Source: Tubiluchus corallicola
Taxonomy: Eukaryota > Animalia > Priapulida
Length of the DNA: 64,000 nt
Reading direction: 5' to 3'
NCBI GenBank assembly: GCA_030141605.1
Contig: JAQGDQ010000081.1
Location: forward strand, 62,001-126,000
The position numbers and the translations under genes are program-made. The notes beneath the pieces are model-generated. The model searched no databases. It was given only the letters and a program-made list of their open reading frames with translations, and was not told where the DNA came from. Of the stretch, positions 25,541 to 38,447 are shown piece after piece. Numbering within the stretch: position 1 is the first letter of the stretch; every line of letters starts with the position of its first letter.

Positions 25541-27033
25541 AAAACATGTACAATGATGCTAGAAATTTTAACTGATTAGTTCTTTAATTTTAGTTTTTGT
25601 CTTTCAGTAAACTTGTTAAGTGAATCAACGATTACCATACGAATTAGCCACAAATAGCGACGCGCTGTAGAAGTGGCTTATTAGCTCCCTGCCCTTGGCT
25701 TGCAGAACTGTCTGCAAGAATCTTAACTCTTTATTCAAGTGTTATCAGAGAGGCATGTTCTCGATGCGTTTACGACTCTGTGAAGCCAGGCAGACGCTTA
25801 TCTGTAATGAAACCATTACATGAAGCTAAGCACTGTTAAGAAACTAGTTAATTTGACAAGAAGACGTTAACTTCTCAACGTGCGCGTGAATTTGCTTCAC
25901 AGTTTCTTCGCTTTGTGTACTTTACGAAGATGATATCCATGTTTATAAGTATAAAAACCGAAACCTGATGACGGAGCGATGCATACAGCTTATTAATAAC
26001 TACTGATATTTGTCAATCAGTCTCCTAGCCATAGATAATTTATGCTATGTTTCTCCCTTCAAATTGCTATTTAAAAGCAAATATAATGCATTAGACATCA
26101 GCAAACGTTCTTAAGATATTAATTATTCAGTTAATTTTGTGAAACCTAAAGTTACGGGCTGAGAAAATTCAGCGTGTTCCATTGTTCATTGTACCAAATA
26201 GTTTGCATGTATTGTTTCATTCAACACGTTTGAAACGCACTGATGAAACCAAGCAGCTCCTTTGCCATATGTTGTTAAAACTCTCAAAGTGAATACTAAA
26301 ATTCTGCATTGTCACTGCACATTCGTGCAGTGCAATTAAACAGTGAATGACAGTGAAACAGTAATAGGGAAATCACTATGAAGCTCCTACTGGTTACGAT
26401 ATAAAGTAAGTCGTTATAACAAAAAAATAAAAAAGCGGTCGCATTAACGTTCGACAATGACACTACATCTAAAAACCACGCAATACCACGCAATACCAAG
26501 TTATACCAACATTTTAAGGAATTAGCTTGTTTTTTCCATATCAACTAACAGCAAGTCTTGTAGTATATGTCCGCTATAGAAATCGGTTCTGAAATTTATC
26601 AGATTTGTCTTTGGGATTTGTCTTCGATGAGCAGAAGCTCCTCGTTGTCCTGCAGTTGTATTAGAAATATGCATTGCTAACAGTGAAAACAAACCAATTT
26701 TGTAAGAGCTTCGAGCAAAAGACTGTTGCAAGTATTACGTAAATAAAATGGGTTTGAATCAATAATAGATAAACAGGTCTAAATTAATAATTAACGAAGG
26801 TGCCAAGTGAATCCATGAAAGCAGCGAAAATTTAGCAAGTGATAATTTGAAATGAAAAGATGCTCAAAAGTGCAAAATTCAAGTTTCTGTTGTTGCTTCA
26901 CACTATGGAATAACAATTACTGTTTCATTCTTAATATCTAGCTTTGAGCTTGTAACTTGTGCTGAACAGCGAATTGTCTCTAGTGAGATAAATAAGCCTT
27001 TTCACAGTTCCAGCAATTAATGATGATCGTGAA

Positions 27034-27342
27034 AGGTCAAAGGTTAAGTGTGTACCAGACTACGTATTTGTGTGCACTTGACAACGCGTCGCAGCTCATG
27101 CTGTTGTAATAGTAACAGTTTTAACAGCTAGCTATAACTTTATCTACTTCATTTTTTCTTGTTTTCCACGCAAGATCCCGCTAGTAAATCACTCTATGCA
27201 CAGACTAATGCGTAATCAAGTGAAATCCACATAAAACAACTGACATTACTGAGCTAATGCGGCAGACAGGCTTGCTTTACCCACACGTCACGTGACGGTT
27301 GTAGTTAAGACGCGTCGCTGTGGCACACTTAACCTTTGACCT
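27034..27342. promoter_or_regulatory. Inverted pair of DR1 nuclear-receptor elements enclosing a CACGTG palindrome (candidate enhancer or MITE)
   Basis: AGGTCAAAGGTTAAGTGTG (27034-27052) and its exact reverse complement (27324-27342); CGTCACGTGACG at 27286-27297. Confidence 0.5.
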
Positions 27343-30300
27343 ACAGCAATGGCGCATACACATAGCGAAAGTGCAAAAAGGCTGACTGTTAAAGAATGAT
27401 GCCAATGTTAAGTTTGTCGATATTATATATTTAATCTTTATTTTCAGTAATTAGATTTTAGTTAAGGCTATTTTAATTTCGCGGGTTTTATGTAGTGTAT
27501 TATAGTCTTATATGGACTTTCTTGTCTGAAATAAAATTATAATCAATCAATTGATCAATTATTGCCTATTAGACGTGTAAACTAAGTATGGACACACATA
27601 TGTGTATGATAGACAATACTAGTAATGTAAAAAAACGAAAGTAACAAAATCAGAAAACATTAATCCTACGCATAGGATGAAACGCCTCAAAAGCTCTATA
27701 GGATGAACGATATTATAAAAGCAGATAAATTATAAATAAATAAATTGTATATAACTGCTATTATGTAATTGATATAGTTGCGTGAAAGTCTGTAGGCTCA
27801 AACTTTAAAATTAAAGTTTCTTTCTAGATCTAGAATATTGTAGTAATGAAGTTTTCTGTTAACATAAAAACATTTGCTTTTTTATGTTTACATTTGCACT
27901 CTATAAGCAGTTTAACTTTTCAGCAATTTTTTCAATAAACTGTAGCTGTCATTACTGTATGCTATAGTTATGGTTGATGTTTCTGTGGCGCAATCAATGA
28001 ATCTCCTCTACCGATTATCCTGCATTTATAAATAAACACCGAAACATGAACCAGAAGCAGTTCAAACAAACGTCATGTGTTTATGAGTGAGCATTATAGC
28101 ATAAAAAAGCTTAAAGCTTTCAAACTATTTTGTCCGTCTTAATTTGCAAAAGCCGAATATTAAACTGCAGCGCCTACATAACATTTATATTTACCCCCCC
28201 TCATGCTCCGTTTGTTTTAATTTCAAGGTCATCACATGTGTTGAAAGGAAAGTTTTCTCCTATGACTCATGAAGCCACATGGGAATGGCGATTGCTCTTA
28301 CCAACAGCGCTGCCATCCCCTAATGTTTCTTTCATAAAAAATAGTATCGATAATTTTGCGGTATGAAAGCATGAGTTAAAACTGCTTAGTTTCTGCAAGA
28401 TTTTGCGGAAATCATAAGGACGGTCTCAGAAGTTGCCCAAAAGATGGCTGATTTCAATAACCCTCTGCATTCCAGGCACCGCCTCATGCATCCCCATGCA
28501 CAGGATCTGCGCCAGCCTATTCATGGCAGTAAAATTAGACCACCACTGCCTATAATACTGAAAATAGCTGCATAAAGTCTGCAAGATGACACAGCTTAAT
28601 GTTTGCAGTACTACTACCAAGTGATCTTTAATTAGAAAACTGACATCTGTCCAGACATGTTGGATTTCAAATTAGTTCAAGAATTTTTCAATAGCACTTT
28701 CCCAGTTTTATTAACCTAAATCCTAACAATTAACAAAGTCAGAGTCAGAGATACATGAGAAATTTAAATTTGTATTTTCAAGTGTCTTATCCATCGACCA
28801 CTTTATAAGGAGCAAATTTGAGATCTTATAACTTACACTGCCGTTATATAAAATATAAAATAAAAAGCAAAAAAGTAAACACTTAAAGTTTGGCTGCCTT
28901 GCGTCAAGCAGAAAATTCTTCCATCTCAATTACTCAAAACATTTCACATTTAGCCATTGGTCATCAAAAATGGATTATAGACACAAGGCAATTGCAACTT
29001 CTTGCTGTCTCGAAATTTTATTACATTGACCAAGCAATACCATTGCGCAGAACTCACTTGAATTTGTGATTTTACGATCCAATAACTGGAAATGTTAAAT
29101 GTTTGTGAAATTTAATGGGAGATAAAAATCCGCAATTGGCAAATGCGTGTCAATATCGATGTTGAACAGGCGCCTCCCTATCATTAGTGTTTGTTTTTTC
29201 TGTTATATGTGTATAATAACTTCATATAAAGTACATGTACGCATGTAATGTACTGACCAACAAAATTATAATAACATAATAACATATTAGGAAATTGCAT
29301 GGTAGATATAAGAAGTCAGTCCATAACAAGGCATGTTCCTTACTGCTACATCAGTGACGTTGCTAAAATACAATATGAGTGCATGTTTAAAAAACTTTTA
29401 ACAAAATGAAATGCAAGTTTTATTACGGCATCAGTATAACGAAACAGTTTTTATATCTAACTATACATAGGCATTCAGGAGAATAATAACAAACATTTGT
29501 GGACATATTCAAGTGTTTATGTGCAAATGTAGATGTCAGTGATGACGTGTCTATATCAGACGAGTGGTTATAGGACACCCAAAGAGTACATGCTTCTCGT
29601 CTTGTGTCTCACCAGTCTTTGGGCTACAGGTTCTATCTAGCTTGTCTGGGTAAAGATCTCCATCTCCCCGTCTCAATATGTAGCCAATGGGCTGATATGC
29701 GGACTCTAGTCCAAAAGATTCTTACAGGTTCCGTGATTGTTGTCATGCGATTCAGTAAAGTGGGTGACTGATCAAACTTGAATTAATGAGTTTATCCCTA
29801 ATGAGTATTACACATAAATACTCGTAATATTAAAGTAAATGCAGGGGATAGGAATCTTACTGAGAAGAAAACCACGTTTTCGCTACGTCGTTGATATCTG
29901 TACTGTGGCTTTTTAGGAACATCGTAAAAATAAGAAATAAATTCATTAACACGAAATTTCGACTGAATATCTCGAAAATTCGAATTAATACATTATTTTT
30001 TATTTTTACTATGTCCCTAACAAGCCACCGTATATCTGTCTGCGACTGAAACAACTTCTTGAAACTTTATTGTGCACAGTATTTATCAGTGCAAATTATT
30101 TGTACTGCACGAACCTCTCAAAGGCGAAGTCCATTGCTATCATTTCATGCTTCTAAATATTTATGTTGGTGTAGCTACGCCAGAAAGCTTTAACTATTGC
30201 TGTTCCTTTAGATCTTCACAAATAAACAAATAAATAAGCTATGCGCGCCATTATAACTGCGTGGGAGTGTGAGCGAAGCCAAACAAGAGCAGGTGCGGGC

Positions 30301-31434
30301 AGAGAGGGTGATCCCTAACCGACGGATCATGTTTCCACAAACAAAATGAAGCCATATCGCTTATAGGAAGGGAAGGTGGCACCGGGAAGAGTTCATGAGT
30401 TCTTCTTGTTTTTGTTGAAACATTAGAAGTTAGAATGAATCATCATGATCCAAAATGACTAACAACGGGTAATTTCTATGTAGTAAAAGAGCATGCTGAA
30501 GCAAGCAGGTAAATAAATAAATAATTAAACGAGTGAGTGCGTGTAACGAAGAACTGTGCGGTAAGTGCAGTTCGTGCGGCTTTCACATTAAATGGATTTG
30601 AAACGCACGTTCACACATTCCAAAATTGCTTTTGCAGTGTATACCATCCCAACTCTTGTCGCGCATTCTGCCGCGTTTAAACACATTATAACTTTAAAAA
30701 TGATTTTGCATGCATGACTCTAGTTTCTCTTCACCATCAGGAGATATCATGATGTGATCACTGGTTCCAATAAAATTTGAAAAAAGTAGTTATTTCCGAA
30801 CACGCTGATGCTAAGTTTACGAACTTAATTTATGTAATCTTTTACGTAATATAGGTTTAATTCTATCCTTATCTAATCCATATAAGACGCTTTGCTTATT
30901 ATATACTCGCGTGTTATGATAGCGTCTGAGCTAGCACAAATCGAATATGTCAATTTCTTGACAATCTGTATTTTGTCTTATTAATTTAAAATCTTAAATG
31001 GCTACCTTATTTTATTGTTTTGTTTCTTTATTGATAAACAATAAAATGGAAACTGTATCAAATGTAAACTGACTATGTTTCGGAAATTCTCAATAACCCA
31101 GTTTTTGCGTTAAATTAAACTCTGTCTTGCAACGTGATTTTAAATTTTTAAGTTTCACGGAAGCTCGCGCACACATGCTCGTACTCACATCCAGCATATT
31201 TTCAGCTGCATTTTTAAAATTCCTTCAGAGTAAAAGCTTTACTCTGACAATTCTAGAATTTTCTTCTATTCAGAAAGGAGTCAACACCTTAACCACACCC
31301 TATGCGGTTTAAAACCACTAAACAAAAGCAACAATTAAGTTTTTAAAATGTGCTTAAACATTCAGGTTCCACAGACCAAGCTAAGAAATATTAGCGATCC
31401 ATGGCTATGCAGAATAACCTTTATGTAATAACTA

Positions 31435-31656
31435 TTATTTAAAGTCGGTTTTAAATTCAACAGACTTTTATCGCCGACTGTAAATAACAAACTACATCTA
31501 CATAACAGTGACTATTATTACCCGATTTGTACCCTAAATACCACGCACCAGGCAGGGCAATGGCAAGTACCAGTTATAGAACATTTGGTATGACCCGACC
31601 GTAGTATCGAACTCACGACCTTTCAGACGGAAAGCGAATACGTTATCACTAGACTA
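31435..31656 (-). mobile_element. tRNA-derived SINE with a Meta-domain-like core (MetaSINE-like)
   Basis: Minus strand: A-box-like TAGTCTAGTGATAA, B box GAGTTCGATAC, then GGTCATACCAAA..TATAACTGGTACTTGCCATTGCCCTGCCTGG resembling the recalled Meta core, and an AT-rich tail. Confidence 0.65.
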
Positions 31657-34600
31657 TAACTTTCGGTTTTTAACAGAATATTGATATTTTCTCAGAATAT
31701 TGTGAAAATAACAAAATGAAGTAATTCAACTCCAAACAAAATAAAAAAAGCGAAGAAAAATCTCGAAGTTACTAAATTAGCTAAAGCGACAGAGTTGTTT
31801 AAGTTGATCATGACCTGATTCATGAATCTAAGTATACGTATGATCTACATACGTCACACTAGTAATGGCGAAAACCGCTTTGTAATTAAAGTAATACCGC
31901 TTGAGGCCTTATGAGTACCGGCCTGTGGTGCTTCCCACACAAAAATAAGACACTAAGTATAAAATTGAACTATTTTGTACCAGCTCATACATAGAAACCG
32001 TTCACCGCCGTAATGGTAGGTTATTCTTAAATAAAAATTGCAGAGCTACCAGGAATCGTGATGTCCGGATTGCAGCGGAAAACATGTCAAATGTCAAAAA
32101 CCGTGAAATCGCACCGTGTTTGTACTCTGGTGATAAATGTGTGTAAATTCATTATAACTACATTAATCAAAGTATTTTCTCGCCCATGCTGCAGGTGTCA
32201 AAACTCAATAGATTCTTGTGGAGAAAAACTAATTACTGACATAAAATGTTGAATGGCCAATTATTAAACTGCTTGATAGGCCGTTGAGCAGCCTGACTTT
32301 AATTTTATCCGTACATGCATAATCTATTAGGTAGTCACGGCCATTAGCGGAGAGTAAATACGTGCTTGATGTTTTAGCATTTTTTTTAATTTCAAAACTA
32401 TTTCTATATTCTCAGAATCAAAATTATTCTTTGATTCTGCAAAACATAGAGGCTACGTTTTCTCTAAAACGGCCTTTTAACAGGTGAAACAACAGTGAAA
32501 TAGTGGCTCAGTTTTTTAGACAAGACCAAAAAATTGTTGAATATACACGACCCTGTGTTCTTTTTTAGACCTTCTACACCAACAGTAACAAATTTCAGGT
32601 TTTTTCAATTCTGTCTAGCAGAAAATAAAAAGTAGGCCTACTAGCTACCTTTCCGATTTACAACAATACTGTATTGTAAATTCATAAATTTTTGCTTTTA
32701 AGTACACAACGTTTAAGCTAAGAATGTTTTAAGCTGTGAAAACAAGCCATGTGTTTGAGTGTAATTCAACCAGGGTGAGATGACCTAGACAAGTTATACA
32801 ACCCCTGGAATGAAGAGAAGGTTCAAATAACCAACCCGCATAACAAGGAACTGTTGTATCAGGCGTTGTTTACATTTACTAGTTTTTTGTTTACTTTGTT
32901 TTATGTTTCCATGAAGTGAGGGCACAGCAGGATAACTATACAAATTAGCATCATTATTTTACACAACTTTGTGTTTGGAGAAACCTGCAATACATCAAAT
33001 GCAAGACATTTGTGTCTCTAAAAAATCTTGTTGAGACGATTATCATGGTCATAGACGCCTCTTTTTAAATGGAAAATTATATCAATGTGACGCTGCCAAA
33101 GTTACCCTATACTACCGTTAAATCACTCAGGCTACGCTGACTGTAAGAATTAAACTCTTCGATTTTTCAGCAAACAGTAACAATGTCTTTTACGTCTTTT
33201 ACTCAATAGTTATCTCTTTTTCTTCACTTTTTCGCCCTCCTAAACACACTACCTGGTGATTAGTCTTGCAAGTTGACAATGAAGCTAATAATATCCTGTC
33301 GCATAGCTACCATTAATCTTTTTTAAAGGCCAGAGTTAAAGAGGCAATTACCCATTTCTACTTGCTGTCTGTAGGTTTGCGGCTAATTGCAGTTTTGCAC
33401 AAAGAGGTAGTTTTATAAGACTACTTTGAGTGTATGTTTCTACATTATTGTTGTATTGTTGTGGTTGTCGTTGCCGTCGCCGCTGACGTTGTTATTATTG
33501 TTGCCGTCGTTTATCGTGTGCGTAATTATTAAAAGTAGTATGCTGGCATGATAGGTGTATAGTGTGGCATTGGCTGATTCTGTTTATATGTTTGAATACT
33601 CAGCCCATTCCCGGGTAGAATAGTTTATACCATGACTTACACTACTCCTATGTAGTCGTGTTCTCTTTCATGTGGAGGAAAGATTTACACCGTCAAGACA
33701 GCTGCAAATGTTTTTAATTAATGTTCTGCGTCCAATACAGAGGAAGGTGTTACCCTGCTGTAAATGTTTAGCTTTTTTCTTAAATGTGTTTAGATTTCTC
33801 CACTCTATCATATAGTTGTATAGCTGCTAAAATTTACTTTGTATATTATGTAGCGTAGCGCTACGCATTACAGTTTAGACTAGTTTTTACACATACGTTT
33901 TACATGCAGAAGTCAGAGTCAAACTTAAAAACAACCCACAAAAAACATAACTCAGCAACAGACCACCCACAGAACATCATTCAAGTTCCACCATTTTCAA
34001 TTAACCGGACTTAACTCTCGTCAACCCTCGGAATTATAATGATCCATCTTAAATATAGAAAATACTCAGTCATTAACGCATAATATAGTCAGCAAAATGA
34101 AATATTTGCGCATGAGCTCAGGTTGCTTAAAACTAGCCTATGTAGAATAATTGAAAGAAGAATGCAGAACAGGATCTTCATGCAGCAAACGCGGGAAAAT
34201 TCCGGGAATTCCTTGACGCGACCAGTTTTCAATGAGTTTTTAAAAACCTCAATACTGGCGGGTAAAGGTAAAAACATGATTAAGATTATATTACGTTTCA
34301 ATGAAAGCAAATTAAAGAGTGCAAACACAAGGTGATACTGCACATTTCTCGTCGCTCAGATATTATTCTCTTATAGTACAGACAAAATTGTTTATAAATA
34401 CAATGATTTAAGGTAGGTCTGAGAATAGAATAGAATGTTATTTTTTACATGGTGCACATTAAATTGTGTGCACAATATTTCCATAATTGTCCATGGCCTG
34501 TTAGTGGTAATTAAAATATAAAATAGAACAGAATACCTTAAAAGTAAACAAAACTAAAAACCGACTAAAGTAGTAAAACAGATAAATCATAAAATACTCT

Positions 34601-37600
34601 GTAAAATTACATACGGACTGAAATCAAAAGTTAGATAAAAGTACTAAATTAAACAGGTTCGATTTCTTTGCAAAATTAGTCTTATTAAAAGCAACAATTA
34701 AACAAAATTAGGCAAAAGTACTAAATAAGACAAATTTATTTAGTTTTATTAAAATTTAAATAACACTTCGTAAAACAAGATAGCACAAACCCATGAAACA
34801 AGAGTAAAGAGGATATTAATTATTGGGATAATTATATACCTTTTTGTTCTGTTTTTACTGTAAATATGCGTTATTAAGCCATAAAATTGCGAAATTTGAT
34901 GTTTAGAAAAAAGTTTGTTATTGTAATACGTTAATTTTTTTATTGTAAGAAAAAAGTATGACTTTTTTCTTACAATACAAAGATCAACGTCTTACAAAGA
35001 TCAGCGTTTCTAACACGCATAGATAACAAAGATAGCAATAGCACACAAAATGTATTTGAGGTTCGAAGTTCATAAACTCTTTGTTTACCTCAAAATGTGA
35101 AATGAAAACGCATATTATGAGTTTTTGTCGTGTGAAGTAAAAATTATTTTTACAGTTTAAATTACACATGCTGTATAATTCGTGATCCACAGTAACCAGT
35201 GACTCAGTTTGTTGCTGGTTTCGTAATCCCAAAATGAATTTGATTAATTGAACAAGCTATAGAACACAATGGCATGCAATTGTTTATAATGACGTCTCTG
35301 TTTCGTAGTTTGCACTAGTGACGTTTATTCGTTATTAATAATATAACTTATAAACTGGTATCTCAGGTTACGTTTTTCTTTTCCATACAAGTTGAAACAC
35401 AACCAGGAGAAAAACCTGAAGCAATTATTAAACTTAAAAGTGCCGATTACTCTTCTGAAACACCTACGTCCGAACTCGGTTGACCAGTTATAAAGTAGGT
35501 ACGTTCAAGGCCTCTGTTATGTAATCTGCATCACTTATTTGTTTTGTAGCAGTTTACTTATTGACTTAAATGTAAAATAAAATTAAAAAAATAAGCAAAA
35601 GAGCCTAGTTCAAACGCAGGCTATTTCCAAACTTTTTCACATTTTCTGCCTTTCATGCTTGGTATCAAAACCTAATTAATTTTGGGTGTGTAGAATCACT
35701 TACAGTCTGGTATATGGGCCTATCATGTTGTCGTTCTAGTACTGTTTTGCATCACTTTAGCTTTTACAATGTCGCATTTTAGCTTTTAACACTTATTATG
35801 ATCGATCAGACATTGTCAGAACATTACATTAACTTTATTAATTTCCTTCGTTGAAATACACGCGAATGTTATAAAATTCCCAGATTGTGTAAAGAGGAAA
35901 CAGCTAATGCATCAGATTGCTGCATTGTACTCACTGGGAATTTGACGAATAGACATGAATCACCCTGCTCACAAACAGTAAGATAAATGAAGTAAAAACG
36001 AATGTATGAAAACACTATTAGTTTATCATTAAAATTTATTGTGTAAAAAAGGTAAATAAAACCAACATAGTAAACGAGCAGGATTAAGATAGTTAAATTT
36101 ATTCCATTTGAGAGATGAGCATTGTCCTGGTAGTGATTGTGACCCATGATATAGAAATATTGTTGTATGAAGGAACCAGAAAAAGTTATCAAAATTTAAT
36201 GAACGCACTGTCAGCTCTTAGTCCGAAATTTTCAGTTAATCTATTGAATCAATAACTTAGTAGTTTCTGTTAATACAAATTTTTGTACGAAGGTACATAT
36301 TCAAAAGCTTTTAAGATATTTTTCCTGTAGACTAAAGACCTACTGTAACAGTTTATGGACGACATATACGTTGGCAGAATACTTTTTAAATTGCATTTAT
36401 GAATGTCCACACCAGCAATTTACATTTTATTAATAATTATGCGAATTGCAAAATACAAATGTCGTAAAATTGGATAAATTGTTGGTAAGTGGCCAGTAAT
36501 TAATAGTCAATGACCAGCGAAACGACACAGCAACAAAACGGCTGTCTCCATAAATACCAATAATAATCATTGTTGTAGCTGGCAACAAAACCAGCAATTA
36601 TCCGGATCATGTACAGAAGGTAGCGCTCGCCCTCCTTAACAGGTAATCGCAACTTAGAACTGGTTTTTCTCTCTTCACACAAACCTCCAGAGCTTGTTGG
36701 TATTCATTGGAGAGTTGTAAGAATAGGTTAACAGCCTATATTAAAAGAATTGTACTTATTCTTCCAGTTGTTACTGTATAATGTATAGACGCCAAATTCT
36801 TTCACGCTGCCTATAAAAAAGGTCTGCAAAATAGTGTGTAGATCTCGTGTTGCAGATTTTACTAACTTTTCTTTAAACATGTAGAGTAAAGCACTTGTCC
36901 AGCTGACTTTTACCTAAATTATTGGATTATGCTAGATAAACTTAGTAACTGCCGACAGGTTCAGAATTTTAATTAATAAAAAATAATTAATCTGAATATA
37001 CATAATTTCGGGAATTAATTGTTGACTGTATGTACAATCAGATTAATTATATCTTTTATTCTTCAATAAACGCAAATACTGAGAATTTAACCATTTCGGT
37101 ACTTACTAGTTAGCTACGCGAAAAAACACAGTTTGACTAATGTTAAAGCCTACAGCTCAGTGCACCAACGTCCCGATAAGGAAATAAAAGCTCACAAAAT
37201 AAAGTATAAAGTCAAAAAGTAGGACCTATGTATTAAAAATATTAACAATGACTTTAAATCATATTTTATATGATTTATTGAAAGTAACATACAACTAAGG
37301 CAAAACTCAAAATCTGTATTTACAAAAAGTACACTCAAAACTTAACTGCAGCTCTTATTGTTTTATTGCCACATGAAAGAAACAATTAAGTAACTAAGAT
37401 TTAATTTCATGATTCGTATATTACACAATTTCACGTATTTATGGTCAAATGGCCATTTTACGCAAATTATTGTCACATTGCTTTCTGACCTAGCTGCTTG
37501 TTACACACTGTATATTTTCGTTTCATTCTCTATACAAGTAGATTATTTACAAGAATATCGATAGGCTGAAATGAATCACAACCTGGAAAGCAAGAAAACT

Positions 37601-37754
37601 GACAAGCTAATTGGGGAACTTGCGACGGCACACAAACTGTAAAGCTGAACCCACAGGAAGACGGGAATTCATTAAGTAATTTTACATAACGTGTTGATTG
37701 TTAAACCGGGATACAATGCATTAAATAAAATATTCACTGTTTAAATGCGTTTCG

Positions 37755-38447
37755 TCAAGATTTTTTCTTCTTACCACTTCCACTACTACAACCACTGCTG
37801 CTATTCCCAGACTTAGACGTCTTTCTATGTTTAACAACCATTTCATACAGTTTAGACAGGGCTTCATCTAAACCCTCTCCTATGATAGCACATGTAGGCT
37901 GAACGTGCCATAAATGATTAAGACTAAGTTCGTGCAACGATAACACCTTTTCTATTTCACTGGGATCTTTAGCGTCCGGTAAGTCCTGTTTGTTCGCCAG
38001 AACTAAAATAGGAACACCGGCATTTTCTGGATACCGCGCAGTTTTCTGTAGTTCCATTTTGGCTTCTTCAAATCGCTCTTCATCACAAGAGTCCACAACG
38101 AATACAATTCCATCCGTGCAGCGTGTATAAGCTTGCCAAAGAGGACGTACTTTATCCTGTCCGCCAACGTCCCAAATCGTGAAACTGGTACCTTTAGCTC
38201 GTCCGGTTGTCATTCGGATTTTTTCACAGTTAAATCCTATAGTTGGCACAGTGTTTATGTATTGGTCAAATTTGAGCCTGTATAGTACAGTTGTTTTACC
38301 TGCCGCATCAAGACCAAGCATGACAACATGTAGCTGCAAACCTGAGCTACCCAATCCGTCAAATATGGAACCGCCCTGACCCATTTTCCCAGAGTCAGAT
38401 AAACTGCTATTAGAGCTTTGACATGCCTTAGGGTAGCAGCACCCCAT
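37755..38447 (-). CDS. ARL4: ADP-ribosylation factor-like 4 family small GTPase, single coding exon
   Basis: GLDAAGKT (P-loop), PTIGFN, WDVGGQ, NKQD, TCA. ARL4-typical features: LYRLKF, LW..YTRCTDGIVFVVDS, long interswitch and basic C-terminal tail (KKKKS). First ATG at 38447 (the ORF track begins at an upstream TTG); second in-frame ATG at 38384. Confidence 0.93.
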   Translation of the reverse strand: MGCCYPKACQSSNSSLSDSGKMGQGGSIFDGLGSSGLQLHVVMLGLDAAGKTTVLYRLKFDQYINTVPTIGFNCEKIRMTTGRAKGTSFTIWDVGGQDKVRPLWQAYTRCTDGIVFVVDSCDEERFEEAKMELQKTARYPENAGVPILVLANKQDLPDAKDPSEIEKVLSLHELSLNHLWHVQPTCAIIGEGLDEALSKLYEMVVKHRKTSKSGNSSSGCSSGSGKKKKS

